In this document: positions 36,604-48,395 of the stretch, piece after piece | Layout of the letters: every line of letters starts with the position of its first letter | Numbering within the stretch: position 1 is the stretch's first letter | Translations under genes and position numbers: made by a program | The notes under the pieces: model-generated | The model's database searches: none | The model's input: the letters and a program-made list of their open reading frames with translations, nothing else | What the model was told of the DNA's origin: nothing | NCBI GenBank assembly: GCA_963790205.1 | Contig: CAWBNQ010000003.1 | Coordinates: forward strand, 224,001 to 288,000 | DNA: 64,000 nt | Direction: 5' to 3' | Origin: Nitrospirota bacterium | GTDB taxonomy: Bacteria; Nitrospirota; UBA9217

Positions 36604-37760
36604 GAATTACCCCGTATCACCCCGTCATAGACTGACAGGAGAGTCCGGTAATATGCCGGTTTCGAGAAAGACTTAAGATACTTGGCTCTTGCGCGCGTAC
36701 CCATTTCACGGGAAAGGGCATGGTTTCGCATGAGATGTATGATTTTTTCCGAAAGATCATCGGGGTCGTTGGGCCGGACAAGAAAGCCGGTTTCCTGGTC
36801 ATCCACAAGATCGGGGAGACCTCCGATGTTGCCGGCAATTATTACTTTCCCACGGGACAAGGCTTCGATGCCGGCCATCGAACAATTTTCCACATATTTA
36901 CTCGGTATGACGACACAGAGGGCGTCATCGATTTCTTCCATCACCCGGGCATTCGGCAATTTGCCGGTAAAGGTAATGAGGTCCGACACCTGAAGGTCCG
37001 CGGCGAGCTTTTTTAACGTTTGCTCTTCAGGTCCGTCACCAACGATCTTGAGTCTGACCCCGGGGATGACGGGCCGGACCCCGGCCAGAGCCTTTATCAG
37101 AACATCGACGCCCTTTTGCTCAGTGAGGCTGCCGATAAAGAGAAAAGTATCATTCCGTGGGGGTTTTGATGAAGGTTCGCGGTCAGATAAAACAAAATTT
37201 GGAAGGAGGGTAATGTTGTTCACGCCCAGATTCTTTCTCGTCCAATTCATGAGGCATACCGAGGGGCTGAAAAAGCGGCGCACGGTCTTCCGTATGATGA
37301 ACCGGTGCAAAGAAAGCTTGAAGGCTTTCAAACCCTGATAAATCCTGTTAAAGGGCTTGCGGGGATAGCAACTCGAGTAAAAACATCGGTAGCCGAAACC
37401 GCTTTCACAGGGCAGACGGCTTCCTTTGACGAGAGATGTTTTCGGGCAAACTATCTGAAAATCATGCAATGTCATTACGATAGGGACCTTCAGGTGATAG
37501 GCCGCCAATAAAACGGCAGCGGAGACATTTCGGTAGATATTATGAGCATGCATAATATCCGGTTCAAATTTGCGGATTTCCTTGAGAATGAAAAAGTAAT
37601 GCCTGATGCTGAATACACGGCCAGCCAGAAGTCCGGGTCTTGCCGGAGCATACAACAGTACGGAATGCCCTTCTTCTTCCAGCATCATTCTTGTCGCATG
37701 GACTATCTGCTCCGCCCCCCCAGGCTCATCAAAAAAATCGTGAACGAGCAGGACCTTCAT
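36600..37760 (-). CDS. Glycosyltransferase family 4
   Basis: MKVLLVH...GGAE, TLHD, KGVDVL, ENCSMAGIEA. Confidence 0.9.
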   Translation of the reverse strand: MKVLLVHDFFDEPGGAEQIVHATRMMLEEEGHSVLLYAPARPGLLAGRVFSIRHYFFILKEIRKFEPDIMHAHNIYRNVSAAVLLAAYHLKVPIVMTLHDFQIVCPKTSLVKGSRLPCESGFGYRCFYSSCYPRKPFNRIYQGLKAFKLSLHRFIIRKTVRRFFSPSVCLMNWTRKNLGVNNITLLPNFVLSDREPSSKPPRNDTFLFIGSLTEQKGVDVLIKALAGVRPVIPGVRLKIVGDGPEEQTLKKLAADLQVSDLITFTGKLPNARVMEEIDDALCVVIPSKYVENCSMAGIEALSRGKVIIAGNIGGLPDLVDDQETGFLVRPNDPDDLSEKIIHLMRNHALSREMGTRARAKYLKSFSKPAYYRTLLSVYDGVIRGNS

Positions 37761-38824
37761 GGCATCACCGCAGTTTCATCCAGCACTTGCTGATACCGGC
37801 CGATGAACCGGCCGAGCTGATATTCAGGACTTATCGGCGGAACTCGTTTTTGATTCTTCAACTCCGATATGATTGCGCCCGCCAGGGCGGAACAATCGCC
37901 GAATTTTACCAGGACTCCATAATCCTTCTCTTTGAGAATCTCACGGATGCCGTCTACTTCGGTCCCCACCACACGCGTTCCGGCCGCAAGGGCCTCGATG
38001 ACGGTAAGTCCGAACCCTTCGAACATGGATGGAACGACAACGCACCGGGCCCGATTGTATAAAGAATTCAGCTGATCATCGGGAACGGATCCCAGGAACG
38101 TGACATTTTGCTCCAGATTCAGCCTGCCGACAAGGGCTTTCATTTTTTCAAGGGAGCTGCCTTTCCCTCCAACCAGCAGGTGGACATCCGTAATCTGTTG
38201 CCGGACGAAGGACATGCTCCTGATTAAAAACTCGACGCCTTTGCGTTTGTCGATGCGTCCGATATAGAGGACGATATTCTGCTTTTGCTGCCTGCGGAAA
38301 GGATAAAATTTATTAGTATCAACGGCATTATGTATAACCAGAATTTTTTCTTCAGGGACATGGTAGCGCTCGACTAAGATACGCTTGGTATCTGCAGATA
38401 CGCACACAATCCTGGAAGCCAGTTGATACGTTCTCCTTTCGAACGGCAGGAATATACGCTTCCAGAATTGTGATTTTATATAGGTGGATTGCTGCCAATA
38501 CGTGTGGTGACAGGTGACAATCACCGGGATCGGAAGCCGCTGTGTGAGAAAAACCCCGCCTGGACCGGAATGGACATTCAATTTGTCCAGATGATATTCG
38601 GAAATTATCCGGTAAACATTAAAGAACAGCCAGATCGACACGCCTACTTGCTTGAAAAGACGAATAGCCCGGAAGTTTATGCGTATGTGACGAGGCAGCG
38701 AGTTGCAGGCAGGAGAGAAGAAGAGCATGTCCGGGCGTTTCAGTTCGGAAAACATCAGAGAGGTATGTCTTCCAATACCGCCGGTAAACGGGAAAAAATC
38801 ATATGTGACTACGCCGATTTTAAT
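37757..38824 (-). CDS. Glycosyltransferase family 4 (apparent ATT start)
   Basis: KIGVVTYDFFP..GGIG, IGRIDKRKG, EGFGLTVIEA; GGAGG 6 nt before ATT at 38824. Confidence 0.85.
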   Translation of the reverse strand: MKIGVVTYDFFPFTGGIGRHTSLMFSELKRPDMLFFSPACNSLPRHIRINFRAIRLFKQVGVSIWLFFNVYRIISEYHLDKLNVHSGPGGVFLTQRLPIPVIVTCHHTYWQQSTYIKSQFWKRIFLPFERRTYQLASRIVCVSADTKRILVERYHVPEEKILVIHNAVDTNKFYPFRRQQKQNIVLYIGRIDKRKGVEFLIRSMSFVRQQITDVHLLVGGKGSSLEKMKALVGRLNLEQNVTFLGSVPDDQLNSLYNRARCVVVPSMFEGFGLTVIEALAAGTRVVGTEVDGIREILKEKDYGVLVKFGDCSALAGAIISELKNQKRVPPISPEYQLGRFIGRYQQVLDETAVMP

Positions 38825-38861
38825 ACCCTGCCTCCGATCATCATACTTCCCCCGTCCGCGC

Positions 38862-40870
<2,009 letters not shown>

Positions 40871-40893
40871 AATAAATAGACCCGGACCCGCGG

Positions 40894-41231
40894 TTATTTC
40901 GTCCCCATCCTATATTCGCTCAAAATAAGCACAACGGGTGGCGGCGGGATGGTGTAATTTTTGGCATCATCATACCATTTATAGACCGTGACGTCAGGCG
41001 TATTTTTGTCCACGACGCCGACCAGCGTGTAACCATTTCTCAAGAAACCACCGAACCAGACGAATATATATTTTTCAGATTCCGGCGTGCCGCTTGCAAT
41101 GACTGCCGCGAAGTCGTTGGCCAATTTTTTACAGAGGAAAAATATGAGCAGCACGGTCAGGCAGTTCACCGCCAGCAGCCCCAGGGCCGGATATTTTTCG
41201 TCTTCTGTTTGTTCCTGAGAGTGTTCATCAT
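40894..41231 (-). pseudogene. Internally deleted relic of a membrane (GT-C/GT39-like) glycosyltransferase
   Basis: One TM fragment (LGLLAVNCLTVLLIFFLCKKL) fused to a C-terminal fragment (EKYIFVW...YTLVGVVD); out-of-frame start. Confidence 0.5.
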
Positions 41232-41258
41232 GTTGTGCCCTGGAATGAAATAAACTCG

Positions 41259-41996
41259 CTATCTGAAAAGAGAACAGGGACCAAACCCCAGCTTGCAAAG
41301 ACGGAACTGAAGGGCCGTTTTCAATACTCCAAAGCCGTAGATAATACTGCGCCGGAAACTGATAGAGGACGCTTCAGTAAAATACCTGGTGGGGCAGCTT
41401 ACCTCGCCGATCCGGTAGCCAAACCAGATGATCTGCGCCAGCATCTCGTTGTCAAACACAAAATCGTCTGAATTCCTGTCAAGCGGCAGCCGCTCCAGTA
41501 CCTCGCGGGAAAAAGCCCGGTACCCGGTGTGGTATTCGGAAAGTTTATGGCCGAGCAGGATGTTTTCCACGAACGTCAGGAAACGATTGGATATGTATTT
41601 ATAGAGCGGCATGCCGCCCCGCAAAGCGCCGGTCCCCAGGATTCGGGAAGCCAGAACAACATCGAATTCACCATAGGCTATCATGGCGGCCATTGCCGGG
41701 ATCAATTTCGGCGTATACTGGTAGTCGGGATGAAGCATGATGACAATATCCGCGCCCAGTTCCAGGGCCGTTTTATAACAGGTCTTCTGGTTCCCGCCAT
41801 AGCCGACGTTCTTTTCATGAATGATGACCTTGATGCCCAGTTCGTGGGCCGCTGCGGCGGTGCCATCCCAGCTTGCATCGTCCACAAGGACGACATCGTC
41901 CGTAAAGGCAAAGGGGATCCCCCGGTACGTCATCTCCAGGGTTTTCGCCGCATTATAGGCGGGAAGGACGACAACGACTTTTTTACCGTTTACCAT
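41259..41996 (-). CDS. GT2 polyprenol-phosphate glycosyltransferase (DPM1-like)
   Basis: [43 protein letters not shown]. Confidence 0.88.
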   Translation of the reverse strand: MVNGKKVVVVLPAYNAAKTLEMTYRGIPFAFTDDVVLVDDASWDGTAAAAHELGIKVIIHEKNVGYGGNQKTCYKTALELGADIVIMLHPDYQYTPKLIPAMAAMIAYGEFDVVLASRILGTGALRGGMPLYKYISNRFLTFVENILLGHKLSEYHTGYRAFSREVLERLPLDRNSDDFVFDNEMLAQIIWFGYRIGEVSCPTRYFTEASSISFRRSIIYGFGVLKTALQFRLCKLGFGPCSLFR

Positions 41997-42210
41997 GGAA
42001 TGTGCCCCTTATCGGAAATAGTCATTGGCCTATTCATAAGAGTCCGCCTTTTTTTTCGATAGACCCTGTTCGCCATTCCGTTGAAAACCGTCCGGCTTAG
42101 GCCGCAGGTCGGGCTCGATCCTCATCATATCCTCAAGATGTTTTTCATCGGCAAAAACAAATGAGCATCGCCCTTTTGACAGCGCGTGGGTAAGGCGCCA
42201 CGGTTCGTGA

Positions 42211-43171
42211 TTAATAACCCATGGCTTTTGCACATCCTTCTTGGTACCCTAAATCGCACGCTTTCGTAAAATCCCGCGCGGCAAGCTCTTTGTTGCCCAT
42301 TGCAATATAGAGATTCCCGCGGTTTACATAAGCCATGCCGAAATCACTGTTTAATTCAATTGTTTTATTAAAATCAGCCAGAGCCCTGCCCTGTTGACCG
42401 ATGAGGGAATATACATAGCCTCGGTCATAGTACGCCATCTGGTCGCTCGGATTGAGCGTTAGGGACTTATTGAAATCAGCTATCGCCTTGTCAAACAATC
42501 CAAGCTTGCCATGATCAATTCCTCGGCTGATATATGCCTTATACGCAAGCGGATTTAAGGAAATTGCCTTGTCGAAGTTTGTCAATGCCTCGTCAAACTC
42601 CTCCTTCAGGTCAAAAACCTGGCCACGATTAAAATAGGCGTCGGCGGATGGATGGAGAACAATTACCCTGTCGAAGTCCCTGAGCGCCGCATCATAACAC
42701 CCCATTTTTTTTAAAATAACTCCGCGATTATTATGGGCCGCATAATTAAGAAGGATCCAATATGATCGCCCTGTCATAATCTGCGATTGCTTTATCCATC
42801 TGCCCCGTTCTGTCAAAAAAGAAGCCTCGATTATAATGCGCCTGCGCATCGTCCGGTTTAATAGTTACCGCTGTCTGGAATTCTTGCAGGGACTCGCGCA
42901 TGAGTCCCGCGTTGTAATAAGCATCTCCGAGACAATAATGAGGTCTCGTCTTGTTGGGGCTCTTTTTTACCACATCCTCCCACAGACCTGTTTCATCATG
43001 GAAAACCTTGTTCCTAGAGCAGGTCGCGAAGGAAAACAAAAATATAATCACCGCGGCAACCAGCATAAATCCGGAGTTCAACCGGCGCTTATGCAGGGAG
43101 GACGGTAAAATCCAGGCCGTGGCATTTTGCCGCTTCTCATATGCATCCGACCGCTTTGTTTTTATGACCAT
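42211..43171 (-). pseudogene. TMTC-like relic: last TM + TPR array, frameshifted near 42748
   Basis: RNKVFHDETGLWEDVVKKSPNKTRPH motif then TPRs; DPS-TAA followed by NYAAHNNRG in the +1 frame; the multi-TM GT-C core is absent. Confidence 0.75.
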
Positions 43172-43472
43172 TCATCCGGGGCCTTGTCTTTGTAAAAATA
43201 AGCCGATTATTACCGGAAGTGATATGCGCCTCTCGCCGAACCACGACCATGCGGAAAAAAAGAAAAAACGTCGCACGGTTCTTGCGCTATCTCGTTTTTC
43301 ACCGAGATACCGTTGCCCTGGGCCGGACCCGCCGACAGGGGCATCGGAAAGCGAAATAACCAACCTTTCAGAGACCGCGGGAAGGAGTAAACGCTGAATG
43401 TTTCTCCTGTTGAGCTTCAATTCTCAAACTTCCTGATAACCACGCCTCTTCCCCGAGATCCGGTCAAGGTCG

Positions 43473-44921
43473 CTATATGATGAAAACCGCCTGCAATACC
43501 AGAAACAGTATCACGAGATACCGGGAACTAAAATATAGGATTTTATCGCTTTTCACCTCAGATATATTGCCAGCGGTATCTTTAAACCAGACATACATTC
43601 TTTTCGTGCCGTTCCCATCGCTCAGCGTAAAGGGGATCTTGCCGGAATATGCCTTGACCGGCAAGAAGGTTTTCCAGCCTGGATCCGAAGCTTCCGGCAC
43701 ATCCGGACTTTCGGACACAAAATACGCCATTATTTTTTCTCCCGTGACCGCGGCCGCGGATATCGATAGCGTGACGGCTTTTTTGGTGATCAAGTATGTG
43801 TTGCCTTTATGATTGATGAAGTTCGATGGCGTCGTGTTTATCAGTGGTCGGGTGACCGCCCAGGTGTAACTGGCAGGCGACGACTCGATGTTCCTGGCGG
43901 CATTGATAGCCTTCACGCTGAACGTGTGGCGCCCCTCGGCCAGGCCTTCGTAGGTCGTCGGGGAGGAACAGGCCGAATAGCCGCCGGAATCAAGTTTACA
44001 CTCGAATGTTGCGCCGGCCTTCGAGGACGTAAACCCGAAGGAAGCCGGGGCAAAATCCGAAGTGACAGAGGGCCGGCTCGTGATCATCGCCTCGGGCGGC
44101 CGGGTGTCCAGAATGATAGAATCGCTTGCGGCCGTGGACATGCGTTCGGCGGCGTCCTTGAACCAGACGTAAACTGTTTTTGTTCCGTCGCCGCTGCTCA
44201 GGGTATAAGGAACGGTGGATGAATAGGATGAGGTCGGCGGCGTCACCGCGACCCAGCCTGGCGCCTTTGCATCGGGTGGAGCGGGGCTTTCCGCAACATA
44301 GTAGGCCGATATGCCGGCATAGCTCACGGCAGCTATCGCAAGCGATACGCCGGCTGAATCCGTCGAGGTCTCGCCCCGGTTGATAAAATGGTCGGTCGTC
44401 GTATTGGAGGGGGCCATATCGACAATCGTAAATCTGCGTATCCTGGACCATGCGCTGCTTTTCTTGAAGGCATTCAGCGCCTTTACCCGCCAGTAGTAGA
44501 CGCCGGGCGCCAATGCCGCGGTCGACTTATACGATTTAGCTGCCGTGGCGGCGTTGAGGATTGTCGGGGTAAAAGCCGGTCTTTTCGATACCTCTAGCCG
44601 GTACGAGGCCCTGCCGGGAGAGCCCCTCCAGGAAAGACCGACACTCCAGTCCTCCATCAACGCGGCATCCGGAGGCGCGAGGAGGGTCGGTCGAGCGGGC
44701 GCTGACTTGCCGGCATTGACAGGAGTTTTTTTGGCGGCCGTGTACTTATTCCGGGTCGGTTTGTTTTGGCGCGGTTTAGTGTTGGTGACGGATGATCCTT
44801 CTTTGCTTGCTTGAGCGACCGTGGTATTCGGACCAGCAGGACTGACGTGGTTCGCGCCGGCCCGAGCCTGCGCCGGCACTATGAAAAAAATCAGTATGAA
44901 GAGGGAAACGACTTTTTTCAC
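43473..44921 (-). CDS. Secreted Ser/Thr-rich FN3/Ig-like repeat protein with hydrophobic C-terminal tail
   Basis: GTG start with SD GAAGGAG; signal peptide (AQA); YYWRVKA FN3-like domain; two copies of a GxGTKxxYVWFKD domain; GATFECKLD domain. Confidence 0.8.
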   Translation of the reverse strand: MKKVVSLFILIFFIVPAQARAGANHVSPAGPNTTVAQASKEGSSVTNTKPRQNKPTRNKYTAAKKTPVNAGKSAPARPTLLAPPDAALMEDWSVGLSWRGSPGRASYRLEVSKRPAFTPTILNAATAAKSYKSTAALAPGVYYWRVKALNAFKKSSAWSRIRRFTIVDMAPSNTTTDHFINRGETSTDSAGVSLAIAAVSYAGISAYYVAESPAPPDAKAPGWVAVTPPTSSYSSTVPYTLSSGDGTKTVYVWFKDAAERMSTAASDSIILDTRPPEAMITSRPSVTSDFAPASFGFTSSKAGATFECKLDSGGYSACSSPTTYEGLAEGRHTFSVKAINAARNIESSPASYTWAVTRPLINTTPSNFINHKGNTYLITKKAVTLSISAAAVTGEKIMAYFVSESPDVPEASDPGWKTFLPVKAYSGKIPFTLSDGNGTKRMYVWFKDTAGNISEVKSDKILYFSSRYLVILFLVLQAVFII

Positions 44922-45549
44922 GGCTCCTTCACCTTCGGCCTTATCACACTTAAGCAAGCGCCGATATTATACTCTCTCCGCGTATTCAAGTAAATGTAAT
45001 TCCCCGGACCGCTTGCTCTTTATCTTTCTTATAAAGAAGCCGTATCAATACGGAGTGGGAAAAGCAAACCCCGCTAGAGAACAAGTTCTTCGGCGATTAT
45101 AAATTGTGGTTTTGCGCCATAATCTCTTATGGTAAATATCAGCCGCCGGCAGGAGTCGGCAGCTTCCTCGCGCCCGGTAAAGAAGGCAGCGCATCTTTTC
45201 GGCGAGCGAAAAGAACCATAAAAGAAATGAGATGCCGCCGTGTCGAAGGGTACCAAATCAGCGGTATCGCCGTCAAGCAAAATGAACGGGGTCCCGGAGG
45301 AGCCTGCCAGAGAATTATTTTTAATTTGCGATTCCCCGTAGCGTGCTACGGGGTCGCCTTATGGGTTCATTCAGGACTTCTCGTTTCTTTCAGGGATCAG
45401 CAGCCGAATATGCGCGGTTGAGTCATGTCCTCATCGGTGAAATGTGCGCGGACGCCCGCGCAAAAGCTTCTGAAACCTGTTGCCGGACGCGGCAAGAAAG
45501 GCGAGTCTCCTGCATTTTCTTTCCCGTGTGTCATCCCGCGTATTATCAA

Positions 45550-45578
45550 TTGACTTCCCCCGCGCTCCTTGGTACTAT
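45550..45578 (+). promoter_or_regulatory. Sigma70 promoter, probably leaderless, for the secretion operon
   Basis: TTGACT-N17-TACTAT with TG extension; ATG 7 nt downstream; no SD. Confidence 0.65.
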
Positions 45579-45585
45579 ACGGGCA

Positions 45586-46512
45586 ATGTTAGGTTTTTTT
45601 GCGAGAAAGCCCGGCTTGGGCATCGAGATTACATCTTCAGCAGTGAGACTGGCCGCGATAGCGGGCAGCGCAGCGAACGCCTCCGTGCTCTTCACGAAGA
45701 CGGCGGATCTGCCGGCAGGCATCGTGAATGAGAACTACGCTGCGCCGAACGTATGTGAGGTAGACGCCTTAGTCAATGTGCTGCGTGAGAGCTTGTCCGC
45801 CGTTTCGGCCCTTCATTTACGACGGGCGGCCTTAAGTCTGCCCGACGGCGTGTTCCGCGTTCAAACCGTCGAGTTCGACGAGCTGCCGGACAAGGCCATG
45901 GACCGGGAGCGGCTTATCCGCTGGCGGCTCGAGAAGAGCGCTTACGATATTGCCGACACCGTCCTCCGGTATCAGGTCCTGAAGCGGAAGGGCGGAGGTT
46001 TTACCGTCCTGGTCTGCATGGCCAAGCAGGCCGTCATATCGCAATATGAGGCGGTCCTCATCGGGCTGGGGCTCGAACCTTGGTCCGTGGGGCTTTCTTC
46101 CTTTCATACCCTGAATTTCTACTCCTCCTACCTGTCGAAGGCATCTTCGGTGGCGGCGATGGCCCAGGTGTCCGAAGATTCCTTTACAACCATTATTTGG
46201 GAAGCGGGCGGCGCGTGGTTTTACCGCTTCAAGGAAGTGAAGCGGGGGCGCGCGGACGAGGTCAAAACAAGGCTTATGCGCGAGATCGATGACTCCCTCC
46301 ATTTCTATAGGCACATGGACCGGACGCAACAGTCCGGGCTGGAGCGCCTCTATCTTACGGGAGATGCCGCGGTGTCTCATGGCCTGTCAGCGGGGCTCAA
46401 GGCCATGACGTCGCTCGACATAGAGGTCCTGTCGCCTTCCGCCGTCATTCCCTCCCTCAACGGCGCGGGCCCGGAACTGGCGGCGGCGCTGGGTGCGGGG
46501 TGCGGCTTATGA
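45586..46512 (+). CDS. PilM/GspL-like actin-fold assembly protein
   Basis: LGIEITSSAVRLA, ALSLPD, RLYLTG; first gene of an MNOP-secretin operon. Confidence 0.8.
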   Translation: MLGFFARKPGLGIEITSSAVRLAAIAGSAANASVLFTKTADLPAGIVNENYAAPNVCEVDALVNVLRESLSAVSALHLRRAALSLPDGVFRVQTVEFDELPDKAMDRERLIRWRLEKSAYDIADTVLRYQVLKRKGGGFTVLVCMAKQAVISQYEAVLIGLGLEPWSVGLSSFHTLNFYSSYLSKASSVAAMAQVSEDSFTTIIWEAGGAWFYRFKEVKRGRADEVKTRLMREIDDSLHFYRHMDRTQQSGLERLYLTGDAAVSHGLSAGLKAMTSLDIEVLSPSAVIPSLNGAGPELAAALGAGCGL

Positions 46513-47051
46513 TCCCGGTCAATTTTGCGAGCAGGAATTACCGGCTTATTGCGCGGATACAGACCGTTTTGCTTGCGGCGATCGTCGTCCTCTGCGTGGT
46601 CATGGCCGGGATGATCTGGACCGCTGCTTCCCTGCGCAAGAACATTTCCGTCATGGACCTGAAGCTGAAGGAGGTTGAGGCGGCTGACGAGAACCTGCGG
46701 CCGGCGTTCAGGGAACGCGAACAGCTCGTGAAAGACCTCTCCCTCATGTCCGGCGTCCTGGCGTCGAGAAGGTTTTCCTGGACGCGGCTGCTGACGCGCA
46801 TCGAGTCGGTCGTTCCCCTCGGGATGGAGCTCAAGCGTGTGGCATTCAACCCCGGGGACCATACCTTGACGCTTGAGGGCACGACGCAGTCACCGGAGTC
46901 GCTTCGCAATCTGGTCGTCGGGCTGGAAAAGTCCTCATCATTTAAAGACCCGTTTCTTAAACGCCAGTCTATTGAAAAGGGGAATAATTCATTCGATGTG
47001 GTCGCTGTCTATCGCGAAGATGCGGGCCCCGCTGTGGCTCAAGGAAAATAA
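46509..47051 (+). CDS. PilN-like protein
   Basis: IPVNFASR, TM helix, coiled coil, FSWTRLL..IE; ATGA overlap with the upstream stop. Confidence 0.8.
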   Translation: MIPVNFASRNYRLIARIQTVLLAAIVVLCVVMAGMIWTAASLRKNISVMDLKLKEVEAADENLRPAFREREQLVKDLSLMSGVLASRRFSWTRLLTRIESVVPLGMELKRVAFNPGDHTLTLEGTTQSPESLRNLVVGLEKSSSFKDPFLKRQSIEKGNNSFDVVAVYREDAGPAVAQGK

Positions 47052-47541
47052 CAGGAAGCTGATGACGGCGGCGCTTGCGTGCGTCGGGCTCGTCTGCGCG
47101 GACCTGCTTCTGTACGGCGTGCTGATCGCCCCTTCGGCCGCGCGGCTTAAAACGGCGGAGACAAGGTCCGCCGAGCTCAGGCGGAGGCATGCCGAGGCAG
47201 TCCTGTTCCAGAAGCAGAGGCCGTTGTTCGCGGGGATCATGGCCGGGATACCCGCTCAGAAGGACATGCCGATCCTGGTGAAAGATCTCGTACAAAAGGC
47301 CCGGCGGCTGAACCTGTCCGTGGCCTCGGTAAAGTACGATATGCCGAAGCGCGCCGGCGGGGAATTCACCCTGCTTACGTTTTCCTTTCCGGCCGAGGGC
47401 AGGTATCAGGACATCAAGCGGTTCATCTATGACGTGGAGACCGCCGACCGCCTTGTCGGGATCCAGGACCTGAAGCTGGATGGCGAAAAGGGCCGGGTGA
47501 AGCTGGAGATGAAACTCGTCACGTATGTAAAGGGGCAATAA
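47020..47541 (+). CDS. PilO/GspM-like protein
   Basis: N-terminal TM; FPAEGRYQDIKRFIYDVE motif. Confidence 0.8.
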   Translation: MRAPLWLKENNRKLMTAALACVGLVCADLLLYGVLIAPSAARLKTAETRSAELRRRHAEAVLFQKQRPLFAGIMAGIPAQKDMPILVKDLVQKARRLNLSVASVKYDMPKRAGGEFTLLTFSFPAEGRYQDIKRFIYDVETADRLVGIQDLKLDGEKGRVKLEMKLVTYVKGQ

Positions 47542-47549
47542 GACTGGCG

Positions 47550-48275
47550 ATGACGTTCACGCAGGAGCGACAAAAAAAAATCCTTATCGCGCTGACCGCA
47601 GTTCTCGCGCTTCTCATAACCTACCGCATCCTCACCGCGGAGAAGCCGAAAACCGCGCCGCTCACGTATAAGCGCGGCGCGGTCGCCAGTTCGCCGGTGC
47701 GGCAGGGGGTGTTGTCCCAGGCAGGAGGCGCAGACCCCTTGAATGTCTTCCTGGAGCGGCGTGCGGAAAATTTCCCGGGCGTGGCCCGCGACATTTTCAG
47801 GATGGAGAACCCGGCGCCCAGGCGGAAGCCGGCAGCGTCACAGCCGGCTCCTCCCGTGCACGTAAAAACACCGGAGGAGATTGCCGCCGAAGCGGCTCTG
47901 AGCGCTGCGGAGGCGGCGCGGGCGGACCTGTCGAAATTCCGTTTCCTCGGCTATCTGACCAGCAAGGACAACACGGTGTTTCTGTCCAAGGACGGTGAAC
48001 TCTTCATCGTCAAGAGCGGGGACCAGGTGCTCAGGAACTACAAGGTAATAGAGACGGGCAAGGACCATGTCGTTTTGCTCGATACGATTACTCGCGTCGA
48101 AGTGCGCATTTATCTGTCCGGCGCTGCTCCACAATACCAGCAGCCGCAACCGCAACAGGCGCCGCCGCTGTCGCCGCAACAGGTGCAGCCGCAACCGCAG
48201 CAGTCGCCGCAGCCCGTACCTCAACCTCAGCAACAGCGGCCGCCGATCTACAGGAAACGACCGGCGTCCGGCTAG
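47550..48275 (+). CDS. PilP/GspC-position membrane protein with Q/P-rich tail
   Basis: TM anchor, RDIF, FRFLGYL...VFLSKDGELFIVKSGD; operon position. Confidence 0.65.
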   Translation: MTFTQERQKKILIALTAVLALLITYRILTAEKPKTAPLTYKRGAVASSPVRQGVLSQAGGADPLNVFLERRAENFPGVARDIFRMENPAPRRKPAASQPAPPVHVKTPEEIAAEAALSAAEAARADLSKFRFLGYLTSKDNTVFLSKDGELFIVKSGDQVLRNYKVIETGKDHVVLLDTITRVEVRIYLSGAAPQYQQPQPQQAPPLSPQQVQPQPQQSPQPVPQPQQQRPPIYRKRPASG

Positions 48276-48395
48276 AGATAAAGCAGCGGTACGGGGAGAT
48301 GCGTCGTACTATTATTGGCCAGGTCATCGGAAAACCCGGATTTCCCGTTCAGTCCGGCCCGGTTTGAATAAACAGTACCCATGAGGAGGTAGAGA

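Noticed and set aside
45000..45540. c-di-GMP/GEMM riboswitch between the Ig protein gene and the T2SS operon
   Set aside because: A GCGCAAAAGC fragment is present, but I could not find the GGCAAA/GNRA P2 architecture on either strand.
48135..48240. CAGCCG-type tandem repeats as a regulatory or contingency repeat
   Set aside because: Simply encode a low-complexity Q/P tail, in frame.
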